From positions 12,672-76,671 of the forward strand of contig JBDHAC010000007.1 in the NCBI GenBank assembly GCA_039588275.1: DNA of 64,000 bases. The letters are read 5' to 3'. Positions 53,946 through 63,508 of this stretch are shown here, in pieces. Position numbers and translations under genes: made by a program. Positions within the stretch are counted from its first letter, which is position 1, and every line of letters begins with the position of its first letter. The notes under the pieces are model-generated. The model was not told where the DNA came from, did no database searches, and saw nothing but the letters and a program-made list of their open reading frames with translations. This DNA comes from Gemmatimonadota bacterium (lineage in GTDB: Bacteria > Gemmatimonadota > Gemmatimonadetes > Palauibacterales > Palauibacteraceae).

Positions 53946-53985
53946 GTTCCATGCCGCAAGCTGCAGTTCCATGCCGCTGGCTGCA
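53946..53985. repeat. 20-bp tandem direct repeat x2 (18/20 identical), candidate regulator binding site
   Basis: The two units are GTTCCATGCCGCAAGCTGCA and GTTCCATGCCGCTGGCTGCA. On the minus strand they sit just upstream of a TATACT box. Confidence 0.85.
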
Positions 53986-54144
53986 CCTTCGGCACGCGAA
54001 TCTCGGCTCTCGGCCGCGAGTCCTCGCACGTTGGACGAGGCGCAAACGGCCGGACCACACGTAAGGAACGTCCGGCGGACCCCTTACATGACACCCCGAG
54101 GGCGAGAATCGTCACGCCCCGAGAATCAGAGCGGAAGACCCAAG

Positions 54145-54186
54145 GATGAAAGAAGGCCGCCGCGACGGGGAACCGCGGCGGCCTTC
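54145..54186 (-). terminator. Intrinsic terminator-like hairpin downstream of susD
   Basis: On the minus strand: GAAGGCCGCCGCG-GUUCCCCGU-CGCGGCGGCCUUC (a 13-bp perfect stem), followed by UUUCAUCCUU. Confidence 0.55.
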
Positions 54187-54241
54187 ACAGTTGTCAGGAG
54201 ACGGGGCGCCGAAGCGCCCACGCCTCACCAGCACACAGAGC

Positions 54242-55981
54242 CTAGTGAACCTGACTGGGATCGTCGTCACTCCGCTCCATCGCTTGCCGCTGCCGGACCC
54301 TCTCGAGGAAGTCCAGCATCCAGGCGGCTCGCTCCAGGGCGGCGTTCAAGTCACCCGGAACGATGTTCGGGGCCGACCCCGAGCCTCCGCCACCGAAGGT
54401 GTAGACGTTTCCGCCACCCAACGGCGGGAAGATCGCCTCCACCTCGGAAGCGGGCATCGGATAGTGGACGCCCGTGCCGCTGGGGAGCACCCCCTGCCGG
54501 CGCGAAAAGAAGTACTCCAGACCGGCCGACAGGGAGAAGATTTCCGTGAAGTGCTCCCAGATGAGCGCGTCGCGCCCATCCCCGCAAGTGCCTGCGACGT
54601 CGAAGCGCTTGCGGGGCACGCAGTCGGCTCCACCCGGCACCGTACCGAAGTCGATCACGGCCGGCAGACCACCGTTACCGACGCGGGTTTTGTTGATCAT
54701 CGCCACGAAGGTCGCGACGTCGTTCATCTCGAGCGCGGCCTCGGCCTGATAGAGGTCATGCTCGACCTCCCACAGCTCCGGCAGCGGGCCGTTCTGTGTG
54801 GCAACATAGTCGTCCCAGAACATGGCGTGGTATCCCGACTGCCGGTACGTGCCACGCTCCGCGCGGCCGTTGACGTTGTCCACGTAGCCGTAGTAGGGCG
54901 TCCCCATGATGGCGTGCGTCGTCGCGCTCACGTCACCGTCGGCCGGGGCCGCACCGCCGCCCGGATAACGGTCGTCCGGGATGATCATGCAGCCACCGTT
55001 GCACCCCGCATCGGGTGCGGTGCGCTGCACGACCGGGATCGCCAGCCACGTCTGGTAGCTGCCATCCGTGTTGCCCATCCCAACGAAGTCGATGTGGGCG
55101 CGGGTCCAGGTGGCTTCCTCGGAGCCCTGGCGGCGCTTGAGGTCACCCCGCCAGGGGGCGTTCTCGGACCCGGCGATCGTCAGATCCTGAATGCCCGTCG
55201 CCGCGTCAGAGGCGACCTGGCCCCAATTCGTCAGGTTCGTTTCCGAAGGGAAGCGCGCCACGTTGGCCGCACACCGCGCGCGGTACGAGCGGACCAGGGC
55301 CGCAAAGTCCGCCGGATCGAGCACGTTCCCCTTGATCCAGGTCTCTTCGGTGGGCATACCCATCGCCGACGCCAGGGGCTCGGCCTCGGAGAGCTTACCC
55401 AGCGCCCAGGTCATCATCTGATCGTAGGGGACGCGGTCCTCCCACGTTACCTCCGCGATGACCGTGCTCTCGTCGATGATGAACGCCTGGTCGATGATCA
55501 TGGCCAGATAGCAGCCGGCCAGACCTTGCGCGAACTTGGCGAACGCGATCGCCCGCGCGTTGCGCTCGCCGCCCGGTCCGATCTCGAGACCGGCCGCGAT
55601 CGCGCGCAAGCCGTCGTTCGCCGCCCCGAGAGCGTTGTACGAGAACTGCCACGGGTCCTCGAACATATACGCGTACGCGTACGAGCTCGTGTTCTTCATC
55701 GCCTCGCGAGGCTCACGGCCGTGGTCGTTCATGCCGTAGTTGCCCCAGGCCGAGCTTCCGTGGCTGGACATCACGTGGGCCGAGGGGCCGAAGTTGCTGT
55801 CGTCCTGCAGGATGTCCCACATGGATGCGTACGTGGAGGCGATGAGCGACTCCACGTCGTCCGGGGACGCGAGCGCCCGCGCGCGGTCGGCGTCGTTCAG
55901 GTTGGTCACGCCCAGCTCGCAACCCGAGACACCCACCGCGAGCGCGAAGGCGACCGCCGGTAGTATCAATCTCCTAATCAT
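54242..55981 (-). CDS. susD: SusD/RagB family nutrient-binding outer-membrane lipoprotein
   Basis: I trimmed the ORF to ATG 55981 (MIRRLILPAVAFALAVGVSGC, with a lipobox). The body is helical and TPR-like, and the gene lies immediately downstream of susC. Confidence 0.88.
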   Translation of the reverse strand: MIRRLILPAVAFALAVGVSGCELGVTNLNDADRARALASPDDVESLIASTYASMWDILQDDSNFGPSAHVMSSHGSSAWGNYGMNDHGREPREAMKNTSSYAYAYMFEDPWQFSYNALGAANDGLRAIAAGLEIGPGGERNARAIAFAKFAQGLAGCYLAMIIDQAFIIDESTVIAEVTWEDRVPYDQMMTWALGKLSEAEPLASAMGMPTEETWIKGNVLDPADFAALVRSYRARCAANVARFPSETNLTNWGQVASDAATGIQDLTIAGSENAPWRGDLKRRQGSEEATWTRAHIDFVGMGNTDGSYQTWLAIPVVQRTAPDAGCNGGCMIIPDDRYPGGGAAPADGDVSATTHAIMGTPYYGYVDNVNGRAERGTYRQSGYHAMFWDDYVATQNGPLPELWEVEHDLYQAEAALEMNDVATFVAMINKTRVGNGGLPAVIDFGTVPGGADCVPRKRFDVAGTCGDGRDALIWEHFTEIFSLSAGLEYFFSRRQGVLPSGTGVHYPMPASEVEAIFPPLGGGNVYTFGGGGSGSAPNIVPGDLNAALERAAWMLDFLERVRQRQAMERSDDDPSQVH

Positions 55982-56088
55982 GATCCGATCTTTCTCCCGT
56001 TCTCGGTTCCTGTAATCCACTCGCATCTCCACACCGAGCGCGACGCCGGAGCCAGCCCGTCCGGGCGGCTCCGGCATCCTGCCGAGCG

Positions 56089-59000
56089 TCAGAAGACGAT
56101 CTCGATCGCTCCGGTGAAGGTGCGGAAGTTCGGATATCGGAAACGGTCCGTACGACCGAGGGCCGTCGAACCCAGGTCGCTGCCCGAAAACCCGACTTCG
56201 GGATCGTAGCCGGTGTAGTCCGTGATCGTGAGCAGATTCCGGCCGATGAAGCTGATCGTGACGCGATCGACCGCGCCCTTGAACAGGCTCGCCACGGTCG
56301 ACTGCGGGAGCGAGTAGCCCACCGCCAGCTCACGGATCTTCAGCCAGTCTCCCTTTTCGATGAAGCGGGAGTTTTCGTCGTTCACGTTGTAGAACTCGGA
56401 CGTGTAGCCGATGGGCTTTTTGCTGCCCTCGGCTTTCCCGAGCTGGGAAACCTCCGACCCGCGCAGCTCGCGCAGCGGCCACTGGCGGGTGTTGTTGTAG
56501 ATGTCCATCCCCACCGAGGCGTCCACGAGCGCGTTGATCGTCAGACCCTTGTAACGGAAGTTCGTCGCGAAGCTCCCGTTCCAGTCGGGGGTCGTGTTTC
56601 CGAGCGGGAGATACTCGACGAGGCCACATTCCTCGTCCGGGTCCCGGCCCTCTTTCAGCGTCTGGGCTATACAGACGGGATTCTGGTCCTGCACGGCGAT
56701 CGGGAAGCCCCACGTGAAGGACTCGCCCGCCACATCACCGCTGGTGCCCCACAATCCCTTCGAGATTCCGTCCGTCCAGGCGTTGCCGGAACCCACGAAG
56801 ACCAGGTGATTGTCATCGTTGGTCTGGAAGTTGGACGCGCAGTCGGACGCGCTGATGCCCTGGGGCGCCAGATCGGCGCACGTCGTTGCCCACTTCTTGC
56901 CCCACAGCTCGCCGAGAGTACGTCCTTCGGCGATGAAGAAAGCGCCGTCCGGGTTGCGGTACGGGGCCACGTTGAGCTTGGTGATCTCGTTCCGCGTGCG
57001 ATCCCAGTTCGCCCGGAAGTTGAGCCCGACGTCCTGGTTGTCGATCGCGGCCCAGCGCAAGCTGACCTCGTGCGTCGTCGCGGTGATCGTGCCGGCGTTC
57101 TGCCACTGGCTCTGGAAGCCGGCAAACGAGGCCTGCGGGACCGGCAGCAGCTGGTCCTCCGTGTCCTGCCAGGCGTAGGTGTAGTCGATCCCGAGGCGCT
57201 CGAACAGCACGATGTTGATGCCGGCTTCGCGCTCGGTCGAGAACTCGGGCTTGAGGGCCTTGTTCCCCAGGTTGGTCGGCGTGATCCGCCCCGAGCCCAC
57301 ATCGAAGGTCTCGTACTGGGCCGAGAAGCGCGGACGGCCGCCCGCGGTCCCCAACGAGAACCGCAGCTTCAGCTCATCCACGAAGCCCACGTTGAACCAG
57401 TCTTCCTGCGCCACGCGCCACGCGGCGCTACCGCGGTAGTAGGTGTTCCACCGCGAGTCGGGGCCGAACAGCGAGGAGCCGTCACGGCGGATCAGACCGT
57501 CGATGATGTACTTGCCCCGATAGTCCAGGCTCGCGATTCCGAAGTAGCCCTGGCCCTTGATCTCTCGGACGGTTCGGTTCCCCTCCGTGGTCTGCTGCTC
57601 GAGGGCGCCGAACGTCGGCACGCCGTCGACAATGAAGTTGTCGGCCTCAACGCCGTTCTCGTTGTACTCCTGGCTCTCCCCGACGTAGCGGGCCTTCGCC
57701 CGAACCGTCAGGTTATCGTCCAGGAAGGAGTTGTTGTAGCTGGCCGTAACCGAGGCCCCGACGGATTCGTCCACCCAGTTGTTGGTGTCGAGGCTACCGC
57801 CGGTGAACGTGTTCACGCCGCCCTCGGAGGTCTTCTCGTTCTTGACCCGCAGGTCGATCGATTCGAAGTCCGTGCGGTCGAAGTTCGCGTTGGCCTCGAG
57901 GCTGAACCAATCGGCCGGCGACCAGGTGGCGTCGAAGCTCGCCATGGTCCGGGTGCGGTAGTCGAAGCTGTCCCGGACGCCCAACTGGTAGAGCGGGTTC
58001 TCTTCTGCGGACAGCGGATCGATGTCGATGCGGGGCAGTCCATCCGCTGGATCCGCCAAGGTGAGGTCGATCCCCGGCGACATGAAGGTGAGGCCGAAGA
58101 ACGGGTTGGCCCCCCCCGTCGGTCCGGCCGCGTCATCCTGCTCCGAGCGCGAGTAGAAGCCGCTCGCGGCGATGTCGACGTTGCCGAACCGGGTGTCCAC
58201 GTTGAGCCGCGCATTCTGCCGCTCGTACCCTTCACTCTCGATCTTCTGCGGGCTGAGCGGATCCAGGCCCTGGGCGGCCCGTTCCGAATTGAGCGTCTGG
58301 ACATTCGCGTCGCATCGCGAGCACGAGATGACGCCCGATTCCTTGAACTCCTCGAAGGAGACGCGGAAGCTGGACTCGCCGAAGCGGCCCGTTAACGCGC
58401 CGTAGAGCGAGAACGTCTCGCCCGGATCGAAGAACTCGTCGATGTGGTCGAAGGCGACGGGCCACGGGTTGTCCGCGAACACCGTCTCGGTCGTCCCGCT
58501 CTCGCCATCGATGTTCGTGAAGTCGTCATCGAACTGCGCCGCCGGGAAGCCCGGCCGGCCCAGGTTGGTGAAGTCGGAGACCTCGACGTCCGCGCCGGAC
58601 ACGCTGCCCAGGAACGCCGTCTGGCCGGAGTTCATCTTGTACTGGTGCGCGTTCGTGAGCGCGATGCTGCCCTCGAGCTGATTGATCCCGTACTCGCCGC
58701 GCGCCGTCACCTGGAACGTGTTCGTCGCCAGGGTGGTCCCGCGCTTGGTGGTGATCTGGATCACGCCCTGCCCCGCGCGCGCTCCGTACAGCGAGGCGGC
58801 CGCGGCACCCTTCACGATCTCGACGTGGTCGATGTCGAGCGCACCGATGTCGGCGAGCGTCGCGTTCGCCGATTGTGCCACGCCGTCGATGACGATCAGT
58901 GGGCCCTGCGTACGACCCGATGCGTCGATCGACGTCGGACCCCGCAGGGTGACGTTGGCCGCTGACCCCGGCTGCCCGCTACCGCTAACCACCCGCACGC

Positions 59001-59499
59001 CGGCGGCCTTCCCCGTGAGGAGGCTCGAGACGTTGGACGTCGGGACCGGGATGTCCTGCGAGTCCAGTCGTTCCACCGTGAACGGGAGCTTGACGCGCGG
59101 CGTCTCGGCCACGACGCCCGTGACGATGATGTCCTGGAGCCTGAGTGCGGTCTGCTCGACCACGAAGTCGGCCGTCGCTACCTGGCCGCCGGCTACGGTC
59201 ACCGTCTGAGAAGATTCCCGGTAGCCGATCAGGCGGACGGTGACGGTCACCTCACCAGCGGGGACGCCTTCCAGACGGTACGTGCCGCGCTCGCCGGTTA
59301 GCGTGCCGACCACCGTTCCCGGGATAAACACCTGAGCGCCGGCCACGGGCCGGAGCGTCTCCGAGTCGCTCACCGTCCCGGCGACAGCGCCCTGCTGCGC
59401 GTACGCCGATCCGGCTCCGACGAGGAGCCAGGCTCCCAGGACAGCAGTCAGCAGCGCAACGGCCTTGCTGCTGTACCTTGCTGACCAGTCAGCAAACAT
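56089..59499 (-). CDS. susC: SusC/RagA family TonB-linked outer-membrane receptor
   Basis: It has a signal peptide and a CarboxypepD_reg domain (GTVSDSETLRPVAGAQVFIPGT). The plug region includes IVTGVV, VIDGV and IEIVKGAAAASLYGARAGQGVIQITTKRG. The C-terminus reads YPNFRTFTGAIEIVF. Confidence 0.95.
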   Translation of the reverse strand: MFADWSARYSSKAVALLTAVLGAWLLVGAGSAYAQQGAVAGTVSDSETLRPVAGAQVFIPGTVVGTLTGERGTYRLEGVPAGEVTVTVRLIGYRESSQTVTVAGGQVATADFVVEQTALRLQDIIVTGVVAETPRVKLPFTVERLDSQDIPVPTSNVSSLLTGKAAGVRVVSGSGQPGSAANVTLRGPTSIDASGRTQGPLIVIDGVAQSANATLADIGALDIDHVEIVKGAAAASLYGARAGQGVIQITTKRGTTLATNTFQVTARGEYGINQLEGSIALTNAHQYKMNSGQTAFLGSVSGADVEVSDFTNLGRPGFPAAQFDDDFTNIDGESGTTETVFADNPWPVAFDHIDEFFDPGETFSLYGALTGRFGESSFRVSFEEFKESGVISCSRCDANVQTLNSERAAQGLDPLSPQKIESEGYERQNARLNVDTRFGNVDIAASGFYSRSEQDDAAGPTGGANPFFGLTFMSPGIDLTLADPADGLPRIDIDPLSAEENPLYQLGVRDSFDYRTRTMASFDATWSPADWFSLEANANFDRTDFESIDLRVKNEKTSEGGVNTFTGGSLDTNNWVDESVGASVTASYNNSFLDDNLTVRAKARYVGESQEYNENGVEADNFIVDGVPTFGALEQQTTEGNRTVREIKGQGYFGIASLDYRGKYIIDGLIRRDGSSLFGPDSRWNTYYRGSAAWRVAQEDWFNVGFVDELKLRFSLGTAGGRPRFSAQYETFDVGSGRITPTNLGNKALKPEFSTEREAGINIVLFERLGIDYTYAWQDTEDQLLPVPQASFAGFQSQWQNAGTITATTHEVSLRWAAIDNQDVGLNFRANWDRTRNEITKLNVAPYRNPDGAFFIAEGRTLGELWGKKWATTCADLAPQGISASDCASNFQTNDDNHLVFVGSGNAWTDGISKGLWGTSGDVAGESFTWGFPIAVQDQNPVCIAQTLKEGRDPDEECGLVEYLPLGNTTPDWNGSFATNFRYKGLTINALVDASVGMDIYNNTRQWPLRELRGSEVSQLGKAEGSKKPIGYTSEFYNVNDENSRFIEKGDWLKIRELAVGYSLPQSTVASLFKGAVDRVTISFIGRNLLTITDYTGYDPEVGFSGSDLGSTALGRTDRFRYPNFRTFTGAIEIVF

Positions 59500-59962
59500 G
59501 GATCACCCTCCTGTGGCAAGTGGGATCCTTAGACCCGCCTATGTATCGGAGAGAGCGAACCTCCCTCCGCCCATCGCGACCGGGTCAGCGCCGCGACGGG
59601 GCGAATAGTCCCTTCCGTCTGCTGTCGTTGTACGTCGTCTATCTCGATCGCGCGATGCGAAGCGCGATGTCGGTCAGCCTCGGAGATGCACTTCTATGAG
59701 AAACGTCCGTGACCGATGGTCCCGGACGGGTGTTGCGGATCTTCGCTGGCGCGGACCAACGGATATCTGGCCGCGAGGTCCCACTCAGAAGTGTAGCGCG
59801 GGTCTTGGGCAATGAACCCACCCCTGAACCGGTTTCAGTTTCCCTCACCGCGTAACCGACTATGCGGCAATCGGTTATGGCGCACCGACCTGTCTAACGG
59901 TCGGTGGCACTCACCCGTCCCCGTTGGATAGTCTTTGAATATGGGGCTGATGCGAGGGGTGG

Positions 59963-61180
59963 TCAAGCGATTCGCACCCGTACGAAGCGGCGTTTGCCAC
60001 GCTGGAGCAAGTACTCCCCCGGGGCGAGGCGGTGATCGCGGTCCGACACGACCTCTCCCTCGACGCGCACGGCCCCCTGCTCGATGAGGCGCCCGGCCTC
60101 CGACGTCGACGTGGCCAGCCCGGCGCGCTTGAGTGCGTGGGCGATCCATACCGTGCCGGATTCCTCGTCGGCCTCCATCTCCTCGAGCGCTACCTCCGAA
60201 GGCGCCTCGCGACGACGGTGCACCCGATCGAACTCCTCGATGGCCCGTCGAGCGGCCTCCCCACCGTGGTATATCTCGACGAGATCCCGCGCCAGCCACC
60301 GTTTGCACGCCAGCGGATCCCTGTCGGCCTGCTCCAGCCTCTTCCTCAGGTCCGGTCCCCGTGCGCTGGACACGAGGCGCAGCCACTCGCCCAACAGCGC
60401 ATCCGGAATGGACATCGTGCGCCCGAAGACCTCGACGGGCGGCATCGCGATCCCGATGTAGTTGTCGAACGACTTGGACATCTTCCGCTCGCCATCGGTC
60501 CCGCGTAGCAGCGGCATGATGAGACAGATCTGCGGTTGCTGCCCGCTCCGTTCCTGCAGCGTGCGACCCAAGAGGAGGTTGAACTTCTGATCGGTGCCTC
60601 CCACCTCCACGTCGGCTTCGAGCGCTACCGAATCGTACGCCTGCATCATCGGATACATGAACTCGACCAGGCTGATGGGACGGCCGTCTGCCTGACGGGT
60701 CGCAAAATCGTCGCGCTCCAGCATGCGGGCGACCGTGTATTGCGAGGTCAGCCGCAACACGTCCACCAGGGTCAAGGGCGAGAGCCATTCGCTGTTCCGC
60801 CGGATCTCGGTCACCTCGGGGTCCAGGACTCGATCCACCTGCTCGTGGTAGGTGTGCAGGTTGGCCTCGATCTCCTCCTCCGACAGCATGGGGCGCGTCT
60901 CGTCCCGGCCGCTCGGGTCGCCCACGCGCGCCGTGAAGTCGCCCATCACGAACACCACCCGGTGTCCGAGCTCCTGGAAGGTCCGAAGCTTGTGCAGCGA
61001 GACGCCGTGGCCGATGTGCAGGTCGGGACGCGTGGGATCGAACCCCTGCTTGATCAGCAGCGGGCGATCCTCCGCGCGAGAGCGTTCGAGCTTGGAAACG
61101 AGCTCGGCCTCGGGGATGATCTCGACTGCCCCGTCGCGGATTCTCTTCAGCTGTTCGTCGACCGGGAGAAACATCACCAT
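59963..61180 (-). CDS. tyrS: Tyrosine--tRNA ligase (with C-terminal S4 domain)
   Basis: It has the HIGH motif (PDLHIGHGV), the KMSKS motif (RKMSKSFDN), and an S4-like tail (SEAGRLIEQGAVRVEGEVV). Confidence 0.95.
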   Translation of the reverse strand: MVMFLPVDEQLKRIRDGAVEIIPEAELVSKLERSRAEDRPLLIKQGFDPTRPDLHIGHGVSLHKLRTFQELGHRVVFVMGDFTARVGDPSGRDETRPMLSEEEIEANLHTYHEQVDRVLDPEVTEIRRNSEWLSPLTLVDVLRLTSQYTVARMLERDDFATRQADGRPISLVEFMYPMMQAYDSVALEADVEVGGTDQKFNLLLGRTLQERSGQQPQICLIMPLLRGTDGERKMSKSFDNYIGIAMPPVEVFGRTMSIPDALLGEWLRLVSSARGPDLRKRLEQADRDPLACKRWLARDLVEIYHGGEAARRAIEEFDRVHRRREAPSEVALEEMEADEESGTVWIAHALKRAGLATSTSEAGRLIEQGAVRVEGEVVSDRDHRLAPGEYLLQRGKRRFVRVRIA

Positions 61181-61342
61181 CCACCGGTGGTATATGAGCG
61201 GCGTGCCGCGTGAACATCGCGCACACCCGCAGCCGCCAGGGCGTCGTCCCTGAAGCGGCGGTTAGGTTAGGATCAGGGACTGCGGCGATCAAGCATTGGC
61301 GGCCGTAGCCGGGTCGGATCGAGGATATCGAGGGCGAGCGCG

Positions 61343-63508
61343 TTGAGACTGAGACAGCGAATCCTGAGACTCTACGATCGCACGTACGGGCGGCTCGGAC
61401 CGCAGGGGCGCTGGCGCACGAAACTCGCGGCCCTGGCGGTCGTCGGGTTGGGAACCGGCCTCGGGTGGGGGTCCTGGGCACACCTGTGCGACGCGTGTCC
61501 CTCCATCGCCCAGATCTACGCGTTCGAGCCGAAGGAGGCGACGCGCCTGTACACGGCCGACGGCAACATCCTCGCCGAGCTGGCCGTCGAGCGCCGCACG
61601 CCTATCGACATCCAGAATCTGCCCCGCCACGTGTACGAAGCGTTCATCGCGGTCGAGGACAAGCGTTTCTGGAAGCACGGAGGTATCGATCCGCGCGGGA
61701 CCTTCCGGGCCTTCGTGGGCTACGTGCTCCCCGGGTATAGCGGGGGTGGCGGCAGCACGATCACGCAGCAGCTCGCCGGCAACATGTTCCCCGGCTCCGT
61801 GGACCGGCGCGAGATCTCGGTGCGTCGCAAGCTGCGCGAGATGCGCGTGTCGATCGCGCTCGAAGGAGCCTACGAGAAGCAGGAGATCCTCGAGGCCTAC
61901 CTCAACCAGATCAACTTCGACGGCATCTTCGGGGTCCAGGCGGCAGCGCTCCACTACTTCGCCAAGGACGCGTCTCAGCTGAACCTCCCCGAGGCGGCGA
62001 CCCTTGCGGCTCTCCCGGTCTCTCCGGCGACCTACAATCCGGTTCGTCACCCGGAGCGGGCGGTCCGGCGTCGGAACCTGATCCTGGAGCTGATGACCGA
62101 TCAGGACATGATCACGCGCGCGGAGGCGGAGGCGGCCAAGTCCTATCCGCTCGAGCTGAGCGTGGGGGCGGATCGCGGCCAGCTTGCCCCCTACTTCGTG
62201 GAGTGGGTCAGGCAGATCCTGTATTCCCGGTACGGGACGGACGTATACGAGAAGGGGTATCGCGTCTATACGACCCTGGACCCGGAGCTTCAGCTCGTGG
62301 CCGATTCCGCGCTGCAGGCTCAGCTGACCTGGGTCGAGGGTCAACCGGAGTTCCGCGCCCCCACGTACGAGGAAACGCGCGACTGGCCGAGGGACAGCCT
62401 GACGCAGGTGGCGGGTGGCGGCGGGCTGATGCCGTACGTGCAGGGGATGTTCATCGCGCTCGACCCGGCGACCGGGGATGTGCGGGCGTTGATCGGGGGT
62501 CGGGATTTTCGGGATTCGGAATTCAACCGGGCCACGCAGGCGATCCGCCAGCCGGGCTCCGTATTCAAGCCGTTCGTGTACACGGCCGCGATCGCCGCCG
62601 GGATCCCCGCGTCCGAGATCATCTTCGACACGCCGATCTTGATCGAGAACCCGGGCTCCGATCCGTACTCCCCCAAGAACTTCGGCGACGACTTCAAGGG
62701 TCCGATGACCTTGCGGGCAGCGCTCCGCAACTCGATCAACGTGGTGGCCGTCAAGCTCGGGCAGCGGGTGGGCGAAGAGTCCATGGCGCAGATCGCCAAC
62801 AGCATGGGGATCGAGTCGGAGGTCCCGCGCGTGCCGTCGGCGGCCATCGGGGCGGCTTCCGTGAAGCCGATCGAGATCGCGACGGCCTATACGACGTTCG
62901 CGAACATGGGCGTGCGCGTCGCGCCGCGGGCGATCCTACGGATCGAGAGCAACGACGGCCGCGTGTTGTGGGAGAGTCGGGTTAGCCGCGAGCAGGTGCT
63001 CGAGCCACGCGTCTCGTGGGTGATGTTGTCCATGTTGCGAGATGCCGTGGACCGCGGGACCGGGCGGTGGGCGATACGGACGCAGGCCGGCATCCCCTTC
63101 GAGGTCCCGATCGCCGGCAAGACGGGCACGACGAACTCGGCGACGGACACGTGGTTCGTGGCGTTCACGCCCGAAATCGTGACCACCAGCTGGGTCGGCT
63201 TCGACCTTCCGGCCCGGCTGTACCGGAACGCCCAGGGCGGGATCACCGCAGCGCCCGTCGGGGCGGCAGTCCTCGACTGGTACTACGCCGATCGCCCCGC
63301 ACCCGAGGCCTGGCCACGTCCGCAGGGTCTCGTCAATCGGTCCGTGGATCAGTCGACGGGGCTCCTGGCCACCGCCTGGTGTCCCGCCGATCTCGTGTAC
63401 CAGGAAGTGTATCTTCCTGGCACCGAGCCCACGGAGACCTGCGACGTGCATGGACCGTGGGGGATACGCGAGCGGCCGGACAGCCTGCGGTTCGACGACG
63501 GCGGTTAG
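61343..63508 (+). CDS. mrcA: Class A penicillin-binding protein (PBP1A: glycosyltransferase + transpeptidase)
   Basis: GT51 motifs: EDKRFWKHGGID, GGSTITQQL and RKLREM. Transpeptidase motifs: SVFK (in RQPGSVFKPF), SIN (in RNSINV) and KTGT. The start codon is TTG. Confidence 0.95.
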   Translation: MRLRQRILRLYDRTYGRLGPQGRWRTKLAALAVVGLGTGLGWGSWAHLCDACPSIAQIYAFEPKEATRLYTADGNILAELAVERRTPIDIQNLPRHVYEAFIAVEDKRFWKHGGIDPRGTFRAFVGYVLPGYSGGGGSTITQQLAGNMFPGSVDRREISVRRKLREMRVSIALEGAYEKQEILEAYLNQINFDGIFGVQAAALHYFAKDASQLNLPEAATLAALPVSPATYNPVRHPERAVRRRNLILELMTDQDMITRAEAEAAKSYPLELSVGADRGQLAPYFVEWVRQILYSRYGTDVYEKGYRVYTTLDPELQLVADSALQAQLTWVEGQPEFRAPTYEETRDWPRDSLTQVAGGGGLMPYVQGMFIALDPATGDVRALIGGRDFRDSEFNRATQAIRQPGSVFKPFVYTAAIAAGIPASEIIFDTPILIENPGSDPYSPKNFGDDFKGPMTLRAALRNSINVVAVKLGQRVGEESMAQIANSMGIESEVPRVPSAAIGAASVKPIEIATAYTTFANMGVRVAPRAILRIESNDGRVLWESRVSREQVLEPRVSWVMLSMLRDAVDRGTGRWAIRTQAGIPFEVPIAGKTGTTNSATDTWFVAFTPEIVTTSWVGFDLPARLYRNAQGGITAAPVGAAVLDWYYADRPAPEAWPRPQGLVNRSVDQSTGLLATAWCPADLVYQEVYLPGTEPTETCDVHGPWGIRERPDSLRFDDGG

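Noticed and set aside
53859-53985. Whether the short tandem repeats here, at 8885-8921 and at 36159-36215 are CRISPR-like arrays.
   Set aside because: The units are directly adjacent with no spacers, there are only 2-4 copies, the units are 12-20 bp, and there are no cas genes. These are not CRISPR.
59690-59870. Possible TPP or cobalamin riboswitch in the susC leader. The minus strand shows GGGGUG, CUGAG, GCCAGCGAAG, GAGGGAAAC and AAGACCCGCGC.
   Set aside because: The pieces resemble thi-box and B12-box fragments, but the order, spacing and required helices do not fit. For TPP, the P2/P3 and CCUGAUCUGG-AUAAUGCCAGCG pattern is missing. For cobalamin, the core is too short and there is no GCCACUG. 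I treat it only as unclassified structure.
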